From the NCBI GenBank assembly GCA_965112735.1, contig OZ218962.1, positions 2,976,001 through 3,040,000 of the forward strand: a stretch of DNA of 64,000 nt. Direction: 5' to 3'. The position numbers were made by a program, and so were the translations under genes. Positions 54,790 to 64,000 of the stretch are shown here, piece by piece. A model generated the notes under the pieces. The model was not told the DNA's origin. It saw nothing but the letters and a program-made list of their open reading frames with translations, and ran no database searches. The DNA is from Phaeosaccion multiseriatum (lineage: Eukaryota > Protista > Ochrophyta, other classes). The number at the start of each line of letters is the position of its first letter. Positions within the stretch are counted from its first letter, which is position 1.

Positions 54790-56933
54790 ATGAAGCAGGC
54801 TCGCAAGGCAGTTGCAAGAGCAGCAGCAGAGGCAGCTACGGGGAAAGCAGGAAAGACAGCGAGGAGCAGCGCCAGGAGAGGCGAAGGGCTCTCGAGACTG
54901 GGAGCTGTTCGTCGGTGCTCGGCATCGGCTTCGTCGCCACCACCGCTATCGTCACCGGGATGCTCGTTGTACCTCGGTGTGCATGGCGCGGGAAAGACGC
55001 GTCTGATCGCTCAGCTCGCCCTGGACGCTGCAGAGAGAGAGAGCGAAACAGGCACGTACGCCAATGAGGGAAAGAACATCGTTGCACAACCCTGCTTTTC
55101 GTCCTCCGAGTGGCATGTGTCCTGTCTCCTCTGTTTCCCTCCATTCCATTGTGCTTCTTTCTAGTGCCTCATGTGCAAAAAAAGCTGGGAAACATCACAC
55201 GAACCTCCCTCGCCCACCCATACAAGGCCGACGAATACAGCAGGGAGAACTCTCCCCTGCGGCAAAGTGCTTCTCACCCTGTGCCCTCCCTCTAACCTCA
55301 CCTCACCCCCACGGCCCTGACGCAGGCAAGCGTGTGGTGGTTCTGGCTCCCACCCGCCGTGCGGCTCTGCAGCTGAGGGACATGATAGACCCTCAGCGGC
55401 CCTGGGGATGCACCACCGTCAGCGTGCAGAGGCCGTCCAGGTGCGTGCGTGAGTGAGGAAGCACCAGGTCTATTGAGTGGGTGGGTGGGAAAGGATCAGC
55501 AGTGTGCCACATATAGACTTCCAGCGTACAGGCGGTGCCTGGCGGGGAAAGGAACCGCGCTGGAGAGTGAGTTCAAAAATAAATAGGGTCGACCATTAAG
55601 GGCCGAACATCTTCATCACTCACCCACCCCCTCACCCACCACCCACCCACCTCTTCACCCACCCACCCACCCACCCTTTGCCCGCCCCTGTGTGTCATGT
55701 CTGGCCCCCTGCCAGCTTTCTGTCCTCTGTACTGGCCGAGCACGGCCTCTCCATGGGGCTGTACCCGTCCTCCTCCTCTTCCTCTCCCTCGGCCTCGGTT
55801 TCCGAGCTGGCCGATTGGACCACTATCTCCGTGTTCATCCACCACCATCTGGACCAACTTGGGCTCGTCAGGCTCAAGCCGAGGAAAGGGTAGGGTAGAC
55901 CACAGATGCAAATCATGGAGGCGTATGGGAGGAGAGGTGTTGGGCTCTGTCTGTTATGATGGATGGTGTCGAAGGGTACATCGCAGCTCCCTTCCTTCCT
56001 TCCTTCCTTCTTTCCTTCCTCCCTCCCTTCCTCCCCTCTGACTGGGCTTGCACTAACGGCCTCGAAGGCCTGGCAAACCATGAAAAGCCCCTTTGACATC
56101 AGACCGCTGCACGCTGCCTCCTCCCTCTTTCCCCAACCCCCTCTCTCGCCATCCCACCTCCTCCCACCTCCTCCCACCTCCTCCCCTCTCACCCCCCCCC
56201 CCTCAGATATGGCGTGGACTCTGCGGTAACGGGCCTGCAGAGAATGTTCGCGGACCTTTGCAAGCTCGGCATCCCCCCGGAGGAGTACTGCGCCAAAGCG
56301 AGGCAGTGGCGTGCCCTCGCCTCCACTCGTGCTGGTAAGGAATGAAGGTATACAGTAGTAAGTGGTAAGGAATGAAGGCATAGAGTAGGAAGTGGTAAGG
56401 AATGAAGGCATAGAGTAGAAAGTGGTAAGGAATGAAGGCATAGAGTAGAAAGTGGTAAGGAATGAAGGCATAGAGTAGTGAGTGGAGCTTGCGTAGTGTA
56501 TTTCCATCGAGGCAACACCACCACAGCTGTCAAGCACAGCCGTCAAGCACAGCTGTCAGGCACAGCTGTCAAGCACAGCTTTCAAGTGCTGCGTTCGGGG
56601 ACTGGACGGGCGCTGAAAGGAGGGGAGGGTATATATACCTCTTCTGCACATAGCCTCAGCTCAGCATCTATAGCCTCACTCAGCATCTACCCATTGCAAT
56701 ACTACTGCTCGATGTTGCGTGCGTGTGCGTTTGTGTGCGTGTGTGTGTATGCGCGCATTTGTGCGTGTGTGCGCGTGCTCAGACGTGGAGGTTGCTGAAC
56801 TGGAGCTGGAGAAGGCAGCGGCGTACTCGTCCTTCGAGCGCCTGAAGCACGAGCAGGGCCTCATGGGGTGGGACGATCGACTCATGCTGTGCAGGGAGTT
56901 GCTCATGACCAGCGCTTTGGCCCGGCAAGAGGT

Positions 56934-56964
<31 letters not shown>

Positions 56965-59900
56965 TTGCGTATCTGCGTATGTGTGTGCGCATGTGTGTGT
57001 GTGCGTGCGTGCGTGCGTGCGTGCGTGTGTGCGCCTGCACCTATTTCTATCCCGTGTAGACACCGCTGCGCTGACGTCTCGGCAAGGTGACCACCCCATG
57101 GCCATGGCCATGGTGGCCTTTGGTGCATGCCCCATGGTGGCCTTTGGTGCATGCCCCATGGCTCCAGGCTCCACTCCGCCTGGTCTTATCTCGCTTGTCA
57201 CACTCGAATGAGCCGACCTGACTGACTTTGACTGCCATCTATCGATCATCTATCGATGTAACGGCATCCATCACTGCACCAGGTGACAAGAAGCATCGGG
57301 GCGGTGCTGATCGACGACGTGCACTCCCTCTCTCCCATCATGTTCGACATCATCGGCCTCTGCAGCGGGAGGACGAGCATTCCGCCCACCTCATGCTCAT
57401 CCTCATCCTCCACCTCCACCTCCACCACCCCCAACCCCACAAATGGCGGAAATAGCACCAGGCCCGAGGCCCCCCAAGAGGCCCAAGAAGCCCAAGAAGG
57501 GGCCCAAGAGGGGCTAGGACCTGTGGTGCCTGCGCTGCCCCTGGTGCCCGTTATCGCTACTGCGGACCCGTTCCTTGCCCGCTGCCCCACGGATCGCTTC
57601 GGAGGGAGGCACCCTCTTGACCCTGACTCCGACGTGTCCACGTTCCTAAGGAGGTTTCCGGGCGCAGATGTGCAGGTGCTCAAGCCTCCTTCTGTGCCTG
57701 CTCCTGGTTGGGGCTTGGGCCAGGCCACCTCTGAGGCGAGGACTACCCCGGGCGGCGGCTCGACCTCGACTTTGGGGGGCGAACAAGTCGAGCTCCTCGA
57801 CAACGTACGCAGAGCTTCTCTCACGGCAGCCATGGCAAAGCTGGGGCCTGTGCCCACAGCAGAAGCCTCTGCAGCAGCAGGACAAGGAGGAGAAGGAGAA
57901 GGAGAAGGAGAAGGAGAAGGAGGAGCTTCGGCAGTTGGTGATACGGCAGCGACTCGGGGCGGGAGAGACAAACTGAGAGACAAGCTCGCAGCACTCAATG
58001 CTCAGCTTGGCATGCAACAGGGGGAGGGCCTGCAGCGACTGGTGCCCGAGTTGGTGGTACGGGGTAAGGGGAAGGGGAAGGGGAAGGGCAAGAAGCGGAA
58101 ACGGCCGCTGTCGGTAGGCGTGACGGAGGAGGAGGCGAAGGTGGGGGGTGGGGGGCGGCACTTGGGGATGCAGGAAGAGCAACAGGACGGAGGCTTGAGT
58201 TGCATCACCTTCGCGGATGAAACCGCAGAACTCGTCGGAGTGGCAGCACGGGTAAAGCGCCTTCTGGGGGATGGTTCAGCAGTTGGTGATACGGCAGAGA
58301 AGGGCAAGGGGAGGGGGGAAGACCACGGCCAAGTCCAAGACAGAGGTGCGGCTGGGGATGACGGTGAATACGGACACAAAGTATTTCCTTCACTTTCACC
58401 AGAGGAGGTGGCGGTGTTCGTTCCGCAGTGGTCCCATGTGAGCAGAATGGAGGCGGCGCTAAGGACTGCAGGAGTGCCGGTGAGGTCGGCTCAGCGGAAC
58501 CCCAAGGTGAGCAAGGGGATGACGAGGGGGGAGGGGGGGGAGGAGACTTGAGGTGAAGTTTGAGTTTGAGTCTGAAGCCGGCGTTCCACGGGCACAAGTC
58601 TCTGTGCCATGTGCACGAGAGTCAGAGATTGCCGCACCTGGGGTGCCCTTCCTAAGCCGAGCACCCCTTACTGCCCCGCCCTTGGGAATAGCCCAAATCG
58701 TAACCCAAATAGTAGCCCAAATAGTAGCCCAAATAGTAGCCCAACTAGTAGCCCAAATAGTAGCCCAACTAGTAGCCCAAATAGTAGCCCAACTAGTAGC
58801 CCAAATAGTAGCCCAACCACCTCTCGCATACTCACGCCCCCCCCCCCTCCCCTCCCTTACTTCCCCGTCGCCCTGTCCTGTGCCCGTTGATGAACCGTGC
58901 TGTATCACCAACTGCTGTGCTGTGCTTAGGTGTTCGACTCTGCCGTGGTACGCCTATCCATGTCCATGCTGCGTGTGCTGCTGCTCCCCTCCGACACTCC
59001 CTCCCTGCTGCACCTGCTGAGCCACTGCCGAGCCTACGCCCTCCCCCCGGGGCAGCTCGAAGGGCTCCTGGAGGGGCAGAGGAGGCGTCACGCCTGTCTC
59101 CTCACACATCTCCGCGAGGTGTCGGCAGGGGAGGAGGCAGGAGGAGGAGAGGAAGGGGGGGTGGGAGAAGGAGGAGATGGAGGAGGAGGAGGAGATGGAG
59201 GAGGAGGAGGAGGGGTTGGTGTGACGTTCGAGGCTCGGCTTGTGGCTGCGAGGCTTCTCAAGGACCTCGACCGATTCATGGAGGCAGCCAAAGGTGGAGA
59301 TGGCAGTGGATGGCAGTGGATGGGGATAGTTATCGAGGGGGATGGCAGTGGATGGGGGCGGGTGGGTAGATGGGTGGGGTGGGGGGCTCATCAGTAGGGA
59401 GACAAAACAGTGGAAAGAAGGCGGGGAGGGGGGAGAAGAGAGAGGGAGTGATGCCTCACAAAGAGAATACCGTACCATTGTGAGTCCCACATCTTATCCT
59501 TACCCTCCCCGCCCCTCTCCTCCTCCTCTCCCCTCCTCTCCCCCCCATCCACTGCCATCCATCCCCTCCCATTCAGGTCAGCGCACACGTGACCTCGTGG
59601 TGTCTTGGCTCTCTCACACGGGGCATTTAGAGGAGCTGCTGAGCCCCGACACGCCCGACTTGGAGGCGGAGGCTGCGGCGGTGGAGAGCCTGCTGAAGCT
59701 TATTACCAAGGTAGGTAGGTAGGGAGGGAGGAAGGGAGGGAGGGAGACCTTGAGAGAGCGAGACTCCTAACAGCGCCCGTTCGGCTGCCATCCCTACCGT
59801 GTGGGAACTGCGCACAACACCCCCATAAATTGGGGAACTGCAGGCAGAGGCTCTCTCCAACAGCAACAAGGCCTCCGGGGGGGCGAGGCCGTCCGACGTG

Positions 59901-61015
59901 GAGCCCCTTCTGAGATTGTTCCGCGAGTACGAGGGCCCCGGCGGTTACACGTCCGACGGCGGGCTTGACGAAGAAGGTGAGCGGACAGCGGCAGGATGAT
60001 CTTGATTGCAGCAGGGCCCGCGCCCTCTCTCCTTCTCCTCTCTCTTCCCCTCTCCCCTTTCCCTCTTGCTCTTGCTCTCCCTCTCTCCCTCTCCCACCTT
60101 CTCTCTCTCGCTCTTCCTCTCTCCCTCTCTCTCTCTTCCTCTCCCCTTCCGCTCTTCCCCCACCCTCTTCTGACACCCCTCTCCTCCCCACCCCTTGACC
60201 ATTTGCAGGCGTACGAGTCATGCCCCTCTCTCTTGCACACGACTGCGGAGAGCGCTACCACACCGTGTTCCTCCCCATGCTCTCCTCGCGGAACGTTCCA
60301 GGAATGATCCGCAAGGCCACGCGACTGAGCCCCCCTCCCGCGTCTCTCTTTGGCCTCTCTCTGCCCGACCCACCTGTCGCCCCCCGGGGCTCCGAGGACG
60401 TCACTGAAACTCCTACTGAGGGAGGCGAGGGCACCACCACCACCACCACCAACAACAACATCATCAACCACGACGCTTCTTCTTCTCATATCACCAACTC
60501 TCCCCCCTTCGATCTGGTGAGCCTGACGACGGTGGGGACGGCATCGCACAAGGAGAGTCAGCTCAACCACTGGAGGGGCGCCCTCTGCACAGCACTCGGC
60601 ACAGCGATACAAGAGGCGGTGCTCAGTCTCGCGGGCCGCTCCGTTCGGGGCAAGTGAGTGCGTGGGTGCGTGCGTGCGTGGGTGGGTGGATGGGTGGGTG
60701 GGTGCGTGGGTGGGTGGAGGGTTGGAGGCGTATGGGTGGGGTAGGGTCGAGGGAAGGAGGGGTGGGTGGGGAGAAGGTAGTAACGGAGACACGGAGCCGG
60801 GCCGTAGGAAGGAGCGAAAGGGTGGGACACACGTAGTACCATACAAGCATATGGAAAGGGAAGGGATGGCAGCGGATGGGGAGAGGAGAGCGAGGGGGAA
60901 GAGCGTGGGTGCTTCACCGCCCAAAGTTTCAAAGGCGCTTTTGCTTCTTCTCTGAGGCCATTACATTTATGTGTGTGTGTGTGTGTCCCTGCCCCTTCTC
61001 GCGTGGTGCATCATA

Positions 61016-61082
<67 letters not shown>

Positions 61083-62580
61083 GCAGGTTGCAGCTGTCCC
61101 CCAGCGTATTCCTGAGCGAGATGCTCCCCGCCAGTGAGGTGCCGTCAGCTGCTGTCCTCTCCGTCGCGGACGGAGGTACAGGCACCGACAGCGGCAGCAA
61201 CAGCGGCAGTGGTCAGCAGCAGCAGCAGGAAGAGGAGGAGGAGGAGGAAAGGGGAAATCGTATGGGTCAGGGGCAGACGGCCACTGAGAAGGGCCCCGGC
61301 GGGGCCACACTGACACCGCCGGCAGAGCCCCTGCTGGCAGAGCCCCTGCTGGCAGAGCCTCACGAGCCGCTGAGTGTGTCCTTCTCCTCGCTGTCCACGT
61401 ACCAGCGCTGCCCCTACAACTACTTTCTGCAGTACAGGCTCAAGGCCCGGCCCCCGCCCAATCCGCTCATGGTCTACGGAAGGGCCCTGCACGAGATGGC
61501 AGCCCACGTGCAGGCACAAGCACAGCTGCAGGCAGGCTCTGAGGGGGGTATGGGCATGGTCGGAGTGCAGCAGCCGCAGCAGCAGGAAGAGTTGGTGATA
61601 CAGCAGCAGGAGGAAGGTGAGGAGGGAGGGACAGGGGCAGAGACGATGGTAGAGAACATGGCGCGGGAGGCAGCGGCAGTGTTTCGGAGAGACTTTCGGA
61701 GCGGAGGGGCAACGTTTCGGTCGGCGGCGGAGGAGGAGGAAATGCTGCAGAGGGGAGAGGAGGCCTCCAAGGACTTTGTGCGAAGGTACATGCACATGGG
61801 GCGGCGGAAGCCCTCCTTGGGTGACGCGGGTGACCGCGAGGATAAAGCTGATGACGGAGGGAGAACAAGCGGCTGCGAGGATGGCAGTGGATGGGGGAGA
61901 GGCAGCGCACCGCGGTCGGCAAATCTAGACACATGGCCATCGCTCCTTCCTTCGTACTTGCGCCCCTCCGCCAGCGAGGATGGCAGCGGAGGAGGGGATG
62001 CTGCTGCTGCATCACCAACTGCTGCTGCTTCTGCTGGTGGTGGGTGTGGGGAGAGTGCCGACGACGGCTCGACGCGCGTGGAGAGGGAGGAATACATTGA
62101 GTACCCCTTCGACATTCCTTTCGAGGCTCTTGGGCCTCCTGATGATGCAGCAGTTGATGATACAGCCTCGGCGGGCATCACCTTCATTGGCACGTTTGAC
62201 CGCGTTGACGTGCTGCGCAATGTGAAGCAGGGCGGCGGTTACAGTCACATGGGCAGCAGCAGCAGCAGCAGCAGCAGTCGGATGGGAAGCAGCGACAGTG
62301 ATGCGGGACAGGTGGTGAGGGAGGGAGGAGGAGGTGATGGACAGACAGGCCCCATTCGGCAGCTGTGGATCACAGATTTTAAGTGCAACGTCGGAGCCAA
62401 AGACCCGGCAAAGGTGCGTTATTCGTTATTCCGTTAAAGCAAACCCATGCACGAGAGGACACAAAGCTGAGAATATTGTAGAGCAATCTTCGTCCGTCGT
62501 GCGTGCGTGTGGGCGTGCGTGTGTGCGCGTGTGCGCGTGTGTGTGTGAGTGCGGCCTTCCCTTCTCCCATCCGGCACACG

Positions 62581-62657
<77 letters not shown>

Positions 62658-63643
62658 TTCATCCCTCTCACCCCTCTCTCACCTACTCGAAACGCCTGTA
62701 ACTGTAACCTCCCTCCCCCCTCCCCGACCCATACCCCTCCACCCATACGATTGTACCCCCCGGCCCAGGTGGCTGCCAAGAGCCTGCAGCTGCAGCTCTA
62801 CTCCATCGCCGCGCACCACCTCTTCGGCACTCGGCCGTCTCATGTAGTGATTGAGAGTATCGAGGACGGGAGGGTGGGGACTCTCCCACAACACAAGATG
62901 AGGGACTTCGAGTCCGTCAAGCAGGTAAGGGGTGTGGGGAGGAGACGGGGAAGGAGGGAGGGAGGGAGGGAGGGAGGAGAGAGGATGGAAGGAAGGAAGG
63001 AAGGAAGGAAGGAAGGAAGGAAGGAAGGAAGGAAGGAAGGAAGGAAGGAAGGGAGGGAGGGAGGAAGGGAGGAAGGGAGAGAGGGTGAGAGGAAGGAAGG
63101 AAGGAAAGAAGGGAGGGAGGAGAGACAGGTGGTGTGGGAGAAACAGAGAGATGGAGGGATAGGAAGGTGGAGGTGGAGGGAGAGGGAGGGAGGGCGCCTC
63201 TGGGGGCCCGAGTGAAGCAGGCGAGAGGCGTATGGGCAGTCGTGTCCTCTGCCCGAGGGGGGGGCATTTCGGCTCCGTGCGCCCGAGGAGCCCCCCCGAG
63301 GAGAGAGAGAGAGAGAGGCCCTCCTGGATGGTACCCGATGCTTTGCAGGCCCGCTCTGCGTGCCTCTCATCTCCGTCCCTCCCTTCCTTCTTCCCTCCCT
63401 CCCTTCCTCCCTTCCTTCCTTCCTTCCTTCCTTCCTTCCTTCCTTCCTTCCTTCCTTCCTTCCTTCCTTCCTTCCTTCTTCCCTCCCTCCCTCCCTCCCT
63501 CCCTCTTCGCTCCTCAGGAGGTGCAGGAGGCGGTGGGGGCCATCCGCAGAGGCGAGTTCGAGCCCCGCCCAGGCTTCTCTTCGTGCACGTTCTGCGGTTT
63601 CAAACACACATGCGCCTTCTCCACGGCCAAGGGCAGTGCTTGA
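54790..63643 (+). CDS. UvrD/REP-like helicase fused to a PD-(D/E)XK nuclease with a 4-Cys Fe-S staple (AddB/AdnA-like), multi-exon
   Basis: Walker A GVHGAGKT, VVLAPTRRAA, MGWDDRL, LIDDVH; nuclease SFSSLSTYQRCP..YGRALH..GTFDRVD..ITDFK..QLQLY..CTFCGFKHTC; exons include 54790-55051, 55326-55440, 55716-55889, 56207-56334, 56782-56931, 57283-58506, ~61085-62413, 62769-62924, 63518-63643. Confidence 0.82.
56334..56478. repeat. 30-bp tandem repeat x5 starting at a 5' splice site
   Basis: GGTAAGGAATGAAGGCATAGAGTAG.AAGT units. Confidence 0.85.
58690..58816. repeat. 12-bp repeat (AGTAGCCCAAAT/AGTAGCCCAACT) ~x10, intronic
   Basis: Directly visible. Confidence 0.9.
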
Positions 63644-64000
63644 GCAGTGCCTGAGCAGGGCTGTTCATTAAATTGATTGTGGATTGACTGTTGATTGACT
63701 GTGGATTCTTTTTTTTAACTTGACTGTGGATTGACTGTTGATTGACTGCACTCAAGGAGACCAACCTCCCTCCTCTTCACTTCGCTCTTGTAAGCGTGTA
63801 AGTGACTGTCAGCAGTACAGTACTGAGTGAGTGTGCTACGGATGTCAGCAGTACAGTACTGAGTGAGTGTGCTACTGCTGCTTGAGACGGGGAATGCGGT
63901 TAACACTGCTGGAGAGAAAGTAAGGAGTGTATTGTATCGTATTGTATTGAAAATTGATGTACTTACATAGCAAATTGACGTAACTATACTCTAAAATGGA

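Noticed and set aside
61085-63643. Cas4 gene
   Set aside because: The Fe-S PD-(D/E)XK domain follows UvrD-like exons in a spliced gene; no CRISPR context.
1-64000. tRNA, rRNA or snRNA genes (including an SL-RNA target for the CRE-like element)
   Set aside because: None recognised by eye; the insertion flanks are zinc-finger coding sequence.

Overview
Eukaryotic, intron-rich genomic DNA with GT-AG introns full of (GGGA)n/(TCCC)n microsatellites. Gene content suggests a microalga/stramenopile, but that is inference. 1-19.7 kb: a large minus-strand multi-exon gene (coiled-coil, C2HC fingers, FN3, TPR-like, WD40, start of a LysM), open at the window edge. 18.8-31.7 kb and 50.6-51.7 kb: four intronless FNIP-type LRR genes, two of them in a tandem duplication and one a pseudogene. 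Three of the four have near-invariant 19-aa scaffolds with short hypervariable windows. Also present: TIM10, a minimal RBR-like E3 ligase, a YtqB/MnmM-like methyltransferase, a PP2C, a 390-bp MITE and an intron-containing UvrD-like helicase/PD-(D/E)XK Fe-S nuclease fusion. Best candidate for an undescribed system: a 6.7-kb CRE-like RLE non-LTR retrotransposon with two RING fingers, plus a 524-bp 5'-truncated copy. Both sit antisense at the same nucleotide (GGGTGTGA(C/A)A^AG) of a 75-bp zinc-finger-coding repeat, in two paralogous genes about 4% diverged, while the two element copies differ by only about 0.4%. This points to a sequence-specific retrotransposon targeting a protein-coding tandem repeat. 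Divergence figures are by-eye counts; exon models are manual.
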